From: Bythopirellula sp.
GTDB taxonomy: Bacteria > Planctomycetota > Planctomycetia > Pirellulales > Lacipirellulaceae
DNA length: 64,000 nt
Direction of reading: 5' to 3'
Assembly: GCA_965216565.1 (NCBI GenBank)
Contig: OZ244170.1
Span: 3,264,001 to 3,328,000 of the forward strand
The position numbers and the translations under genes are program-made. The notes under the pieces were generated by a model that had not been told where the DNA came from, searched no databases, and saw only the letters and a program-made list of their open reading frames with translations. This document shows, piece after piece, positions 49,283 to 60,817 of this stretch (positions are counted from its first letter, which is position 1; each line of letters begins with the position of its first letter).

Positions 49283-49579
49283 TCAATTGTCTAGGGCAAG
49301 CTCGGCATCGCTGATGTGCTTCTCTCGCTGCCGGTTTGTACGAGAAACACTAGTGGGGACTTCCTCAGGTAGCGTGCGTGCTAAGCAGAACCGCTGGACA
49401 GCCTCAACAGAGGTCATGCGGCGATGCCCGCACTCGAGATACTCAAGTGTCACTCGACTGCCTGACCTAGTAAGCAGCCCGGATTCCGTCCAGCGGAAGA
49501 AGGTGCCGTAAGATGGCCGGTAACCAAGGACGAGTTCGATGGCGGCCGGACCTAAGAGAAGTCTTTCGTTACCAAGCAT
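49283..49579 (-). CDS. DUF1580 family HTH protein (excisionase-like)
   Basis: T.FRW...G....G.RV.LE...G.R.MTS.EAV.RF pattern; GAGGA RBS before ATG 49579. Confidence 0.82.
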   Translation of the reverse strand: MLGNERLLLGPAAIELVLGYRPSYGTFFRWTESGLLTRSGSRVTLEYLECGHRRMTSVEAVQRFCLARTLPEEVPTSVSRTNRQREKHISDAELALDN

Positions 49580-49671
49580 GACTGATTCCTCACAAAGGAT
49601 GCGATTGATTAACAATTCACATCTAGAGATATCAGAGCTGCTTGAGAATGGTATCTTCTGGTTGGAATCTG

Positions 49672-50399
49672 CTATGCGTTTTCCAAGTTATTCTTGTCAG
49701 ACTCGTCGAGCAAACCCAACGAGCGCAGCTTATTCAAAACCGTCTTCTCAGAGATATCGAAATCCTCGTAGCCAGGTAACCTTCTGAACGATCCTTTGAT
49801 TTTCCTGGCTAGGTCCAAATTGCTTTTCTTGTTAGGATTATGCTCGTGGAAGAACTGGGTGAGTAGTTTCCGATCTTTTTCACTGCTTAACTTGGCAGTC
49901 TTTTTTCCTCGGTCCGCGTACGCCTTCGATCGTTCTTGTTGAAGAGTGTGAGCTTCAATCGCACCTTCCAGCTTTCCCATGCAATAGGAGACAGAACACG
50001 CCTTCTCGATCAGCCCCTGAGAAACCTGTGAGCGGTACGCTGTGACGAGCCGTTCGACGATGGATAACAGAGTCTGCTCCGCGAGCCCTTCAATCGCCAG
50101 TCGATATCTTGGACTCCATGGATGCTCTCCGCATATTGGATCGCTTCACTAGGCCGGAGAGAATATTGTGGATCATTCGGGGTCGCTGCTTCCTCAAACT
50201 GTTCTAAGACTTCAACGACTTTCTTGAGATTATCTTTCTTGGTCACACGCAAAGTGACTACTTCAGCCTTTTTCTGCAGTCTAGTTATGTGATCTTCAAT
50301 CTCACCGTACGGTTTGTTGATTGAAAGCAGGAGATTCTCTCCATCAAACTCGTACTGAAAAAGAATTTTGCCTTTCGAATAGACTGCAATCGTCGTCAT
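49672..50399 (-). pseudogene. Hypothetical gene split by a frameshift near 50100
   Basis: The frame of 49672-49980 stays open upstream to about 50145 and reads as protein-like (LAIEGLAEQTLLSIVERL), overlapping the tail of the 50399 ORF. Confidence 0.6.
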
Positions 50400-51277
50400 A
50401 AGCACGCCACCTTTCTGTCGACCCGACTGGCTGACGTCATGGCGGTGGTACAGGCCACAACGTTCGGTCAGTGAAGTGGGAGCTACCCACAAGTACGAAA
50501 CTACTTTTCGCCGTTTTGGAACAAGCCAGATTATGTCTGGTCGAAAACTGCCCTACAAACTAGTCTAGCTGTCACGGTCCCCGCAATGGTATTCGTTCGG
50601 CACCATCCACAACATGTTTCGTGCAGCTCTGTTTACCGATTCACCTCGCCTTATACCTAGATGCAAGAATGGCATTTGACCTATATATCTCCTCTGTGGC
50701 GACCAACTCGCGGCTGAATGAATACGATAGGCTAGACTGAAGTGAGTAGCCAATTGCATTTATAAGCCTGAGTGGGCGTCACTAGTGCGACTTTGATGTT
50801 TGCAGTCTGTGATTTCGATAGGGGCGACTGAAAGCACGAGGAGTTATCTGTTGCTTACGTTAATTACGTTCCGACCTTTTTAGCTTAGCGTCAAGGTAGT
50901 ATATAAGATTCGCCGTCTATGCGGGATTCACTCCAGCCTATTTAGGATGAGCGGCGTCAGTACGGTGTCACCGCATTTTTTGCAATTCGAGTCAAGAAAA
51001 TCTACGGAAGATCCGTTCGGCTCAAATTGATACCACCCATTGGAGTTGCCACCTATTTCAGCAACGATTCCAGCGTCGAAGGTGATCACCGCTGCGCGCA
51101 GGGCTGACTTGACGTTGGCATAGAGTATAACTCTCCTAATTGTGCTGTTTCTGGAGCAGGTCGGCGGATTTGTGCCGAACGCATCTCCTGGACATAGCAA
51201 ACGGACCTTTGAGTTCATCTAACTAGAATCAGATGGATCCAGCCCCCCTCTAGTCACCGCACAACCAACGAATAAAG

Positions 51278-52711
51278 ATGCGACAAAGACTTCATTGTCG
51301 AATTCGTCTAATATCTCTAAGGAGTTTTTTCGTAGCCGTGGTTGTCTGGCAATATCTCTTGACCAAAGTGGAAGCCCAGGAGGAGAGCATAGTGCAGTGT
51401 GAAAGACAGTTGACTACTGGCGATTGCAATCACATGCTCACGAACGTCGGAGTCTGGTCCCACGATAGTGCCTGGATCTATTACGATGTGAGAAGCGAGG
51501 TTGATGGCTCAAGCTTCGATGGGCTACTTATCGAACGAATCCATGTCCAAAGTGGAAAGGTCGAGACAGTTTACCAGGCAAGCCACGGAGCGTACTGTGG
51601 TGTGGTGACTGCCAATCCTGTTACTAGCCAAATTGTATTTATTCACGGTCCCGAGTTTCCCACCAAGGAATGGAGTTACTCCGCCTGGCATCGTCGTGGT
51701 GTGACACTCCGACCTGAAGTAGAAACAACACCCACAAATCTGGATGCCCGAAATTTTGTGAGCCCCTACACTCCCGGTGCATTGCGCGGAGGTTCTCACG
51801 TCCATACTTTTAGCGGAGACGGGCTTTGGATAAGTTTCACTTATGAAGACCACGTACTGGCAACATCAGACAGCCCACGAAGCGGACGGAACCAAAGAAA
51901 TATAGGCGTCGCTGCACCCTACGGGCCCGTATTGGTCCCGAAGTCGCATCCTAGAAACCATAGCGGCTCGGCATTCAGCGTGCTAGTAACAAAGACAACC
52001 GACGCACCGCGTTCGGGGAGCGACGATATCACTCGAGCCTATAGTGATGCTTGGATTGGAAAAGATGGATATCTTGCAGTGAATGGATCACGACAGAAAC
52101 GAGCTATAGCATTCATCGGCAATGTATTGGGGGCAGATGGTATTGAAGTTCCCGAATTATTCGTAGTAGATATCCCACAGGATGTCACTCGATCTGGCAA
52201 ACATGCACTCTGCGGTACAAAACAGACAAGGCCCTATCCACCACATGGAACGGTGCAGCGCCGTTTGACTCATACAACAGAACGAAAATATCCGGGACTT
52301 GGAGCTGTTCGTCATTGGCCGCGCAGTAGTCCAGACGGTAGCAAAATAGCTTTCTTAATGCGCGACGATGAAGGCAAAACGCAGCTTTGGACTATCTCGC
52401 CGCATGGTAAAGATTTGAATCAGCTCACTCACAACGTTCTTCCGATGGAATCAGCATTCACGTGGCGGCCAGATGGCTTAGCGATTGCGTGCGTTGCGAA
52501 TCAGCAAATCTGCGAGATCCTTGTGGAGACTGGAGAAACCGTTCCGCTCATGGCCTCACCCGAACAAGGATCTTCACTTCGGCCTGAGGCAGTGGTTTAC
52601 TCACCTGATGGCACATTGATTGCCTATATGAAAGAGGTGAAATCGTTAGATGGAGCGAAGACCATCAACCATATCTTCCTGACGCGTTCTCAGTTCGCCT
52701 TAAACCGCTAA
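51278..52711 (+). CDS. DUF3748 (YidR-like) beta-propeller protein
   Basis: H.LTN..VWS.D, FIHGPE, GALRGGSHVHTFSGDG.WISFTY.DHV, RHWPRSSPDG. Confidence 0.88.
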   Translation: MRQRLHCRIRLISLRSFFVAVVVWQYLLTKVEAQEESIVQCERQLTTGDCNHMLTNVGVWSHDSAWIYYDVRSEVDGSSFDGLLIERIHVQSGKVETVYQASHGAYCGVVTANPVTSQIVFIHGPEFPTKEWSYSAWHRRGVTLRPEVETTPTNLDARNFVSPYTPGALRGGSHVHTFSGDGLWISFTYEDHVLATSDSPRSGRNQRNIGVAAPYGPVLVPKSHPRNHSGSAFSVLVTKTTDAPRSGSDDITRAYSDAWIGKDGYLAVNGSRQKRAIAFIGNVLGADGIEVPELFVVDIPQDVTRSGKHALCGTKQTRPYPPHGTVQRRLTHTTERKYPGLGAVRHWPRSSPDGSKIAFLMRDDEGKTQLWTISPHGKDLNQLTHNVLPMESAFTWRPDGLAIACVANQQICEILVETGETVPLMASPEQGSSLRPEAVVYSPDGTLIAYMKEVKSLDGAKTINHIFLTRSQFALNR

Positions 52712-52909
52712 AACGTCAAATCTGGCGAAGCGGATCTATCTAACATTTGCAAACACTTCATCACTCTATTGTGGGCTGGCGATTTGTACGCAAGATTCTT
52801 CTCAACGGACACTGGGGATTTCGCTACATAAATCCCTTGCAGATCTCAGGTTAAGCTGATTCTTGAACTGACTACCCAGGCAAACTTTCCAGAGATATTG
52901 GTTAAATCA

Positions 52910-52959
52910 TTGACAAGCCGACCAACAGGTATTCAAATGGTGTTCTGCTGGAATACCAG
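52910..52959 (+). promoter_or_regulatory. Promoter -35 and candidate GntR operators
   Basis: TTGACA at 52910; dyad CTGGAATACCAG (52948-52959) and related CAGGTATTCAAA (52926-52937). Confidence 0.55.
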
Positions 52960-53018
52960 TCGCGTTTTAAAGTTTCTGCTCCTTTTTCACCTACTTTTAA
53001 ACCTGGAAATCGTAGTCC

Positions 53019-53762
53019 ATGACACTTTCTAAAACTGCCTATCAACACGTCCACGGTCTCATCGCTGATGGGTCTTTCGCACCAGGGGACGTTATTTCTG
53101 AGTCTGCTATTGCCAAAGAATTGGGCTTCAGCCGCACGCCAATTGGTGAAGCTTTGCGGCGGTTGGCAGATGATGGATTAGTAAAACAAGTCCCTCGTTT
53201 CGGCACGATCGTGAGGGAGATTCCTTTGAAAGAACTCATCGAACACTTTGAAGTCCGTGAAGCATTGGAAAGTTACGCGGCAGGTAAAGCAGCCGAAAGA
53301 ATTAGCGAAGATGCACTTCAAGACTTGAAAAAGATTTGCAAGAGAATCGATCAAGAAATTATTCAAGCCGCTTCTGAAGGTAAGAGTTGCATCGAAGGAG
53401 AGGCTCTTCGACGCTTTCTTTCTGCCGACATGGCTTTTCACCTGCTGATAATTTCCGCAGCGAGAAATAAGCAATTACTTAAGTTTGCTAGAAGAACTGG
53501 GAGCATCGCGGAGGTGTTCCACGCTCGCCGTGGCAGCCACACGCTGCAAAGAGTCAAAGACGCAAACACGATGCACGAAAAGATTGTTGATGCTCTCATA
53601 AAGAGAGATAGCGAGGCGGCATCAAAATTGGCAGCCGAGCATGTCCGATTCTCTGCCGCGATTTCCTCAGCAGCCGAGGAGACAGGCAGAATGAGTAATG
53701 AGCTGGCATCGCTAAGCGGTCTAGATCTTAAAAAGTTGTTTCAGGAGGAAGAGGGGGAGTAA
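53019..53762 (+). CDS. GntR family regulator (FCD domain)
   Basis: PGD.ISE..IA.ELG.SRTPI.EAL..L..DGLV; D..FH..I; H..IV.AL..RD...A.....H. Confidence 0.95.
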   Translation: MTLSKTAYQHVHGLIADGSFAPGDVISESAIAKELGFSRTPIGEALRRLADDGLVKQVPRFGTIVREIPLKELIEHFEVREALESYAAGKAAERISEDALQDLKKICKRIDQEIIQAASEGKSCIEGEALRRFLSADMAFHLLIISAARNKQLLKFARRTGSIAEVFHARRGSHTLQRVKDANTMHEKIVDALIKRDSEAASKLAAEHVRFSAAISSAAEETGRMSNELASLSGLDLKKLFQEEEGE

Positions 53763-53913
53763 GAGTGTGCTGGCTGTATTTTTGAATTGAGTACTCGTCT
53801 GTTACATCTAAATATCGCGACCTCTTCACGAACGTTTGAAACTTCAGTTGATTTTCCGACAAAAGGTTTGAGTTCGCAGGTACTACTAAAATCTATTTTA
53901 AGGGAGGTGGATA

Positions 53914-55095
53914 ATGAGAATATTACGGTTTGCATTTTCTTTGATCACACTGATCTGCATGAGTGAAGTTGCTTTCGCGCAACTAACAGATTCGCTAGTC
54001 AGATATTACAAGTTGGATGATGTAAGCAACTCTTCATCGGCCAGAGACGAAGTAGAGCTAGACGGCGTCGGAGTGAATGATCTGACCGTCAGCTCTAACA
54101 GCAGGAAGTCATTGCCCACCGCTGGGGTAACCGGGCAAGTTGGAACTGCTTGGGACTTCGAAAAAAACCCTACGGTTGCCGTCGGCGACTATGACAACAG
54201 TGGAGGGCCGCTTAACGGACTCGATTTTCTTGTCTGGCAACAAAATGCTGGAACATCCAATGTTTTACCAGGAGACCCTACCCCTGGCACGGTTGATAGC
54301 TCAGATCTGCTGAATTGGGAGAATCGATACGGTCTCGATCCGAATACTGCACCCCTGTTGGATGACCAAGGTTTTCCTTTGGGGCAATTCTTGGATGAGG
54401 GCAACAGTGTGTGGGATGGTACGAATGCAATCAACGGGGCATTTTTCTCCATTTGGGTAAGGCCTGAATCGCTTAATGCTGGAGTTGGTGAAGAATCACG
54501 AAATGTGATCATTAGTGAAGACAGTGCTGGCCAAGACTTCTACGTCCGTTCCACTGAAGGTGGAAAAGTCGAAATGGCCTTCGAGGGCATCGGAGAAGTT
54601 GTTACGGACAATGTGGAGCTTTCTGTCGGGCAATGGTCGCATATCTCCGGAGGCCTGATCGTCGATGACGGTTTTGAATTTACTAACACACTGATTCTAT
54701 ATGTCGACGGGGTTCAAGCAGGTTTCAATGACTTTGCATCTGTTAATACCCCAGATTCGTTTAATGACCTGACTCTAGGAATTCAAGATGACCGAGCGGA
54801 CGACATTGACGAAGTTGCAGACCCTAACAATCCGTTGCTGGGTTATTTTGCTAGAACTTCGTGGGATGGACTCATGGATGAAGCTGCGTTCTGGAGGCGA
54901 GCACTTTCATCAGCGGAGGTAGTCGACATCTATGACCGTGGAGTACTAGGTCAAGGGCTGTTAGACCCACCGCCAGTTTTAGCTCTTGCTGCAGTTCCCG
55001 AGCCAACCACTGTCACCTTGCTCGCAACGGGTTTGCTGGGATTGGTAACTATCCATTCGCGCAAGAAATCTCGTACTGGAAAGGCGTTTTCGTAG
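53914..55095 (+). CDS. LamG-like jelly-roll PEP-CTERM protein with internal dockerin-like insertion
   Basis: LVRYYKLD, GQWSHI, LYVDG, WDGLMDEAAFW.RALS..EV; VPEPTT + TM + RKK. Confidence 0.88.
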   Translation: MRILRFAFSLITLICMSEVAFAQLTDSLVRYYKLDDVSNSSSARDEVELDGVGVNDLTVSSNSRKSLPTAGVTGQVGTAWDFEKNPTVAVGDYDNSGGPLNGLDFLVWQQNAGTSNVLPGDPTPGTVDSSDLLNWENRYGLDPNTAPLLDDQGFPLGQFLDEGNSVWDGTNAINGAFFSIWVRPESLNAGVGEESRNVIISEDSAGQDFYVRSTEGGKVEMAFEGIGEVVTDNVELSVGQWSHISGGLIVDDGFEFTNTLILYVDGVQAGFNDFASVNTPDSFNDLTLGIQDDRADDIDEVADPNNPLLGYFARTSWDGLMDEAAFWRRALSSAEVVDIYDRGVLGQGLLDPPPVLALAAVPEPTTVTLLATGLLGLVTIHSRKKSRTGKAFS

Positions 55096-55138
55096 CGCAG
55101 ATGCATTCACCTAATTTCTATTTGGAGGGATAAGACTA

Positions 55139-55996
55139 ATGAAGATGTTTGGAATTGATGCAATGGGACTATTGGTGCCCGGGGCGCTGTGTGTGAGCTT
55201 AGTGATGAGCACACCCACTTCCGCGGCACTCATCACCGACAATTTGGTTCGACACTATAAACTTGATGAGTCAGCCGGCGCGACCGAAGCCATCGATTCT
55301 ACTGGCAATAGCAATTTGTCAGAAGACAACGACGTGAACCCAGGTAAGCTTCCTGCGCCTGGAGCGACCGGTATCATCAACGGTGCCTGGGACTTCGATC
55401 GAGCCAATGGCGAATTTCTTGACGAAGGTGACGCGATCTGGGGCGGTACCATAAATGTATCAGCCTCGATTTGGCTAAACCCTGCGTCTCTCACTGCCGC
55501 CGGTTCAAATGCCTATACCGTGTTCTCCGAAGACTCCTCCTCATTTGCCAACAAAGATGCAGTAGTACAAGTATCAGATGATGGTGCTGTTACTTGGACT
55601 CTCGAAGGCATCGATTCCCTTACTTCAGCAGATGGTCTAATAACTAACGGTGTGTGGAGCCATCTTGCTGTGGTACGCAACGGAACGGATATGAGGATTT
55701 ACGTGAACGGCTCATCTGTGGCATCCAAGGCGATCAGTGGCACTACGACAGTCGATTCAGTAAATGATTTGATGCTTGGCGTTGCCGAAGATAGCGATGG
55801 ACAAGACCCCTGGGATGGATTGATGGACGACGCCGGTTTTTGGGAGCGTGCGCTAAGTCCCGGCGAAGTCTCTGCAATCTATCAGCAGGGGTTACTTGGG
55901 AACGACCTTACTGCTGTACCAGAGCCGTCAGCTTTCTTGATGCTCTGCACAGTGGGATTATTTGTCCCTTCATGGTGTAGGTGTCGCAAGGGTTAG
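55139..55996 (+). CDS. LamG-like jelly-roll PEP-CTERM protein
   Basis: LVRHYKLDE, WSHLAVV, IYVNG, WDGLMDDAGFWERALS; VPEPSA + TM. Confidence 0.9.
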   Translation: MKMFGIDAMGLLVPGALCVSLVMSTPTSAALITDNLVRHYKLDESAGATEAIDSTGNSNLSEDNDVNPGKLPAPGATGIINGAWDFDRANGEFLDEGDAIWGGTINVSASIWLNPASLTAAGSNAYTVFSEDSSSFANKDAVVQVSDDGAVTWTLEGIDSLTSADGLITNGVWSHLAVVRNGTDMRIYVNGSSVASKAISGTTTVDSVNDLMLGVAEDSDGQDPWDGLMDDAGFWERALSPGEVSAIYQQGLLGNDLTAVPEPSAFLMLCTVGLFVPSWCRCRKG

Positions 55997-56018
55997 GAAA
56001 GTATCACCCTGGTGACGG

Positions 56019-56061
56019 TTCGCGGGAGGCCAGGGCAGCGCCTCTCGCGAATCTTCTTTTT
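56019..56061 (+). terminator. Intrinsic terminator / attenuator
   Basis: TTCGCGGGAGGC-N9-GCCTCTCGCGAA followed by TCTTCTTTTT. Confidence 0.65.
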
Positions 56062-56083
56062 AGTGTGACGAAGGAGTAGGGCA

Positions 56084-59000
56084 TTGGATGAGGTTTGGAA
56101 AGCAGCCGAACTTGTGAGAACAAGCGTGAAAGTGAAAGTTCACTTTCAGGTGTTGCTACAGCTTGGACTTATTTATTTCACTTTTTTTGTTTGTCAAATG
56201 CAGTCAACAGCAGTTGGCCAAGATTTCTCGCTTGTTCCCGGTTCGGTTATTGGCTATCGCGCTGCCACGACTGACCAATACCTTTCTTCGCCCTCAATAG
56301 CCATTTTGCCGAATGGTGACTATGTCGCGAGTCATGACCTGTTTGGTTCTGGTTTTGACGATGAAACTTCTGGCCTGACTACGGTCTACCGTTCAACAGA
56401 TTCTGGAGATTCATGGACTAAAGTGTCTGAAGTTGCCGACATGCACTTCTCATCATTATTTGTTCATGACAATGAATTATACGTACTCGGCAGCAGGCAG
56501 AGCGGCGGCGATTTTTTGATTCGCAAGTCTACCGACAACGGTTCAACCTGGACGACCCCCGCGGATCCCAACTCAGGACTAATCTTGCCCGGTAGTTTTG
56601 GCGGCACTTCGCACAACCCCGTGGTATACAACGGACGTCTTTGGGCCATGACACATGCCCAAGGTAGTCCCAAAGCACTATCTGCTCCTGTGGGATCTGA
56701 CTTACTGAAGGCAACTTCTTGGACGCTGAGCAATCATATACCTAAGCAAACAAGTGATCTGGATGGCTACCCTTTTTCCGATTTTGACCGTTGGACTGAG
56801 GCTCAGCCAGTCGCTTCGCCTGATCAAGGCGTTGTTTATTTACCGAAACTTGCTGACTCAAGATATACAGCTCATCTCCGTGCCAATTCAACCACAGGTA
56901 ATCTTACTTTTGATCGAGACAATGATTATGCGTTTATGCCAGGCGCTGAAAAGAAGTTCGGCATCTCCTACGATTCTGTGTCACAGAAATTCTGGGCTAC
57001 ATCAAATCCTGTCTTGGAAGAGCATGAAGATGACAATTCCGACATAGGTGGTCGGACCAGAAATACGGCTGCGGTTCTGTCTTCTTCGGACCTTCGCGAC
57101 TGGAAACTGGAATCTGTTTTTCTCTATCACCCGGACAGAGCATTTCATGCATTTCAATACTTGAACTTTGCGTTCGACGGCGACGACATGGCCATAGTCT
57201 CGCGAACAGCATTCGATGATGGCCTCGGTGGAGCGGACTCTTATCACGACAATAACTTCATGACATTCCACCGCGTTGAAGACTTTAGGAATCTGACACC
57301 AACGCAAGTTCTCGTAGCTGATAGTGGAAACGATCGCGTCGTGCGGTATCAGACGCTGGATGGCATGCCTTGGGCTCCGTTGGAGGACTTTGCTGCGGGT
57401 AGCTACGCAGGTGCAACCCTAGATCAGCCTTTTGGGGTATCGCAGATTGCCAATGGCGACGTCTTTATTGGTGAGCAAAAAGTGGGGGGGCGAATTCTTA
57501 GATTTGATGCTGCCGGCAATTTTTTGCAGGTCGTCGCAACCGAGGGAGTCGAGTTTACCGGTAATCCCGAAGCATTGGTGACTGGTCCGGATGGCAAACT
57601 CTATCTATCGGCGGCATTCGGTGGGGCGAATAGTGATCGCGTTTATCGGATTGATCCTGATTCTCAGCAAGTCGAACTATTCATCGACACAACATTTAAT
57701 GGGGGGAGTAAGTCGTTCGACGACCCACGGGGCCTTGCTTTTGACGATCAGGGAAATCTCTACGTTGCTGATCGCGATGGAACTGATACGGGTAGTTCGG
57801 CGCAAAACCTGGTTCGCAAGTTCAACGGTCAAACCGGAGCTTTTATCGAAAACCTGTTTGTGATCAACAAGCCGATCGGTCTCGATTGGGACGAAGCGGG
57901 TGGGGAACTCGTGCTTTCGGCGGAATCGCCCACGGAACTTCACGCATTAGGTATCAGCGGGACTTCAGCACCACTCTACACAACCGCGAGTGACTTGGGA
58001 TTGGTACTCGACCTAGAGGTTATCGATGGCACAGTCGTGTGGACCGATTTCAACAATGGAAGAATTGACAAACTAACTGGTACGGATCAACGCGAGACTG
58101 TTTCCGAAGGATTGAGTTCGCCGGGCCACTTGCTCGAAGTTACGCAACCGAATCAGCGAACTTGGACTTCCTCTAGCGATGGCCGTTGGCGTGAAGGACA
58201 GAACTGGAACTGGCTATGGGGCATCGCCAACGAATCGTCCGAAGTCGCCGTTTTCAATAGCATTGGCGGCGGATCGGTGAACGTAGAGCTGCTTGATGAA
58301 ACTATAGTAGGCGGGATTCGTTTTCACGGCTCAGCAAGCCACATCCTAATCGGAACATCCACGCTCGAAATCCCCGCAGAATCCACAGACAAATTTGTGC
58401 AAGTCGTTGGGGGCCAACACACAATTCAGACACCCCTCAAGCTCGCGAGTGGCAGTGTGATTGATATTTCGTTCGGCTCGGAACTTGCTCTAGACAATGT
58501 AACTCTTGTAACCGCCGAGAGCATAACCTTGTCGGGAGCTGGCAAGTTGGTTGTGGAGGGGTCTCTTAGCCTGAATGATTCAAGTGGACCAGGAGTTCTT
58601 GTAACAGAGGACTCTCATCTATCCGGCTCTGGCAGTATTGGTGGTAACGTCACCAACCTCAGTGGGACCGTGGGACCTGGAACGAGCGCGGGAATGCTTA
58701 CCATCACTGGTGACTACAACCAGCTTCCCGAGGCGGAGCTGCTCATCGAGATAAATGGCACGAATCATGGTGAGTTTGGTCTGTTGTCTGTCGGTGGTGT
58801 CGCAGCACTAGATGGCACTCTCTCGATCCAGTTTGGCAATCCTGTTGGCTATACACCTACAGCAGGAGATGCATTCGAGTTTGTGTCGACGGGCCTTGGT
58901 CTCGAAGGTGGATTTAAAGAGTTTGACTTACCCGCTCTTTCGGGAGATTTGTTCTGGGCACTTCAGAGTGATTCAATGACACTTACTCTCTTCATCGGGT

Positions 59001-59233
59001 CCGGAGCACTGGAGGGTGACTTTGATCAAGATGGCGATGTTGACGGCATCGACTTTCTCGCCTGGCAAAACAATCCTAGCCTTGGCACGTTGTCGAGTTG
59101 GAGCTCCAACTACGGAGCGATCGCTATTGGGTCGTTAGTCGCTGCCGCGACAGCAGTTCCTGAACCTGAGTCGTGTCTGCTGATGCTGATGGCACTTTCA
59201 GCACTCTCAATCAGAACGGAATATATGCTATGA
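56084..59233 (+). CDS. Surface-anchored BNR/Asp-box sialidase-like protein with second beta-propeller, beta-helix stalk, dockerin-like repeat and PEP-CTERM
   Basis: Asp boxes RSTDSGDSW and [12 protein letters not shown]-like repeats ([17 protein letters not shown]); [35 protein letters not shown]. Confidence 0.85.
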   Translation: MDEVWKAAELVRTSVKVKVHFQVLLQLGLIYFTFFVCQMQSTAVGQDFSLVPGSVIGYRAATTDQYLSSPSIAILPNGDYVASHDLFGSGFDDETSGLTTVYRSTDSGDSWTKVSEVADMHFSSLFVHDNELYVLGSRQSGGDFLIRKSTDNGSTWTTPADPNSGLILPGSFGGTSHNPVVYNGRLWAMTHAQGSPKALSAPVGSDLLKATSWTLSNHIPKQTSDLDGYPFSDFDRWTEAQPVASPDQGVVYLPKLADSRYTAHLRANSTTGNLTFDRDNDYAFMPGAEKKFGISYDSVSQKFWATSNPVLEEHEDDNSDIGGRTRNTAAVLSSSDLRDWKLESVFLYHPDRAFHAFQYLNFAFDGDDMAIVSRTAFDDGLGGADSYHDNNFMTFHRVEDFRNLTPTQVLVADSGNDRVVRYQTLDGMPWAPLEDFAAGSYAGATLDQPFGVSQIANGDVFIGEQKVGGRILRFDAAGNFLQVVATEGVEFTGNPEALVTGPDGKLYLSAAFGGANSDRVYRIDPDSQQVELFIDTTFNGGSKSFDDPRGLAFDDQGNLYVADRDGTDTGSSAQNLVRKFNGQTGAFIENLFVINKPIGLDWDEAGGELVLSAESPTELHALGISGTSAPLYTTASDLGLVLDLEVIDGTVVWTDFNNGRIDKLTGTDQRETVSEGLSSPGHLLEVTQPNQRTWTSSSDGRWREGQNWNWLWGIANESSEVAVFNSIGGGSVNVELLDETIVGGIRFHGSASHILIGTSTLEIPAESTDKFVQVVGGQHTIQTPLKLASGSVIDISFGSELALDNVTLVTAESITLSGAGKLVVEGSLSLNDSSGPGVLVTEDSHLSGSGSIGGNVTNLSGTVGPGTSAGMLTITGDYNQLPEAELLIEINGTNHGEFGLLSVGGVAALDGTLSIQFGNPVGYTPTAGDAFEFVSTGLGLEGGFKEFDLPALSGDLFWALQSDSMTLTLFIGSGALEGDFDQDGDVDGIDFLAWQNNPSLGTLSSWSSNYGAIAIGSLVAAATAVPEPESCLLMLMALSALSIRTEYML

Positions 59234-60258
59234 ATCTGAGCAGTCCGAATATTCGTCGAACTCACACCGGCTTTACGCTAGTAGAACTCTTAGTGGTAAT
59301 TGCGATTATCGGCGTGCTAGTGGCACTTCTCTTACCGGCAATTCAGGCAGCTCGCGAAGCGGCTCGCCGAATGCAGTGTTCCAATAATCTTCGGCAGCTT
59401 GCCCTTGGGTTGCAAAACTATCATTCAGCTTTTAGTCAATTTCCTGCCGGAGCCATTGCGCCAAATATTCGCTTAGGGCCAACACATCCAGATAATGAAG
59501 GCTTCAACATTAGCTGGCACGCGCGTATTCTCCCACACATCGAACAGCAGAGTATTTATGAGCTAATCGATTGGACAAAGGGATATGACGCGGGCGAAGA
59601 AGCCGTGGGAGATGTAAAGCCGGTAGCTCTGCAACCAGTGAAAACATTCTTCTGTCCAAGCACTGATCCAGAATCACAACTAAGTTTATTCAATTCCTCG
59701 GCCATGTCTGACGGCACGCCGACGTACACTCAACACTACAATGGTGTGGCTGGTCCCATCATTAATCCGCCCCAGGCGGGCGAACTCTATCGCGACCCCG
59801 ATACAGACGTACTTCGAGAAAACAGAATCTCTCCCGGATGCACAGGCGCGAATCGCAGCAATTTCTCTCAGATGGGCGTCTTGTATCCGAATTCTGAAGT
59901 CAGCATCAGCCAAATGAACGATGGGTCTTCAAACACCCTGGCCATCGGTGAACGCAATCTTGGGGAAGCAGCCTGGATAGCAGGAATGAGCAATACGTAC
60001 AACTGGCCATGCGATGCTACAGGCTTCAAAAATATGGAATACACCATCAATTTCTGTAAAGAGCAATTGGGGAAAAGCAATGGTGATCCCTTTGATTGCT
60101 TCATTTATGGAAATTCGAGACCGTTTAACAGTGAGCATCCTGGTGGTGCCCAGTTTGCTTTCGCTGATGGATCTGTAACGTTCATTAGCGAATCCACGGG
60201 CATTGAGGTGCTACTGGCACTAGCGAGTCGAAATGGAGAAGAGGTCTTCGACCGTTGA
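59230..60258 (+). CDS. DUF1559 prepilin-like protein
   Basis: [52 protein letters not shown]. Confidence 0.95.
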   Translation: MNLSSPNIRRTHTGFTLVELLVVIAIIGVLVALLLPAIQAAREAARRMQCSNNLRQLALGLQNYHSAFSQFPAGAIAPNIRLGPTHPDNEGFNISWHARILPHIEQQSIYELIDWTKGYDAGEEAVGDVKPVALQPVKTFFCPSTDPESQLSLFNSSAMSDGTPTYTQHYNGVAGPIINPPQAGELYRDPDTDVLRENRISPGCTGANRSNFSQMGVLYPNSEVSISQMNDGSSNTLAIGERNLGEAAWIAGMSNTYNWPCDATGFKNMEYTINFCKEQLGKSNGDPFDCFIYGNSRPFNSEHPGGAQFAFADGSVTFISESTGIEVLLALASRNGEEVFDR

Positions 60259-60291
60259 AACTCTTTCGGCTCTTCGTTTGGTAGGAAAAGT

Positions 60292-60777
60292 ATGTGGCAC
60301 AAAATTAATCGAAGCTCTCACAAGACTGCGTTACAGCGGATAGCTAATGGCAATGCGTTACTTGGAATGTCTGTCTTGATGGCATTTGTCGCAGGATGTG
60401 ATGGGGGTATTGCTCAATACGAGGTGACAGGGCAACTAACTTTTGAAGGTGAACCTGTCCCGCAAGGAAGGATTATTTTCACGCCACGTACTGGTCCAGA
60501 TGGCTATGGAGCTCAAGGTGTGGCACGTGTTGACGCCGGCAAGATAATATCGCATGACGAAAAACGCATGATAGGTGGGAAGTATCAAATCCAGATCATT
60601 GGGTTTGACGGCATACCTTACCAGGATGGAAGCGGAGCAACCATTCCCTATGGACGACCCTTATTTCTTCCATTGCGAACCGAGCTTGAATTACCTACCC
60701 AGGACTCTAGTCTCCTCGTTGCAATCAGTGGGACACAGGGGAAGTATGAAGTCAACGCAGAAGTTGTAAGCGAGTAG
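60292..60777 (+). CDS. Small lipoprotein of the kind that follows DUF1559 genes (carboxypeptidase-regulatory-like fold)
   Basis: Lipobox VAGC; VTG.LTF.G.PVP.G.I.F.P. Confidence 0.8.
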   Translation: MWHKINRSSHKTALQRIANGNALLGMSVLMAFVAGCDGGIAQYEVTGQLTFEGEPVPQGRIIFTPRTGPDGYGAQGVARVDAGKIISHDEKRMIGGKYQIQIIGFDGIPYQDGSGATIPYGRPLFLPLRTELELPTQDSSLLVAISGTQGKYEVNAEVVSE

Positions 60778-60817
60778 TGTTTACTTATTATATTTCTGAA
60801 CATTGAAACTAATTAAC

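Noticed and set aside
50565..51218. Short ORFs 50565-50759 and 50928-51218 as integrase remnants
   Set aside because: No tyrosine- or serine-recombinase motifs are visible; left unannotated.
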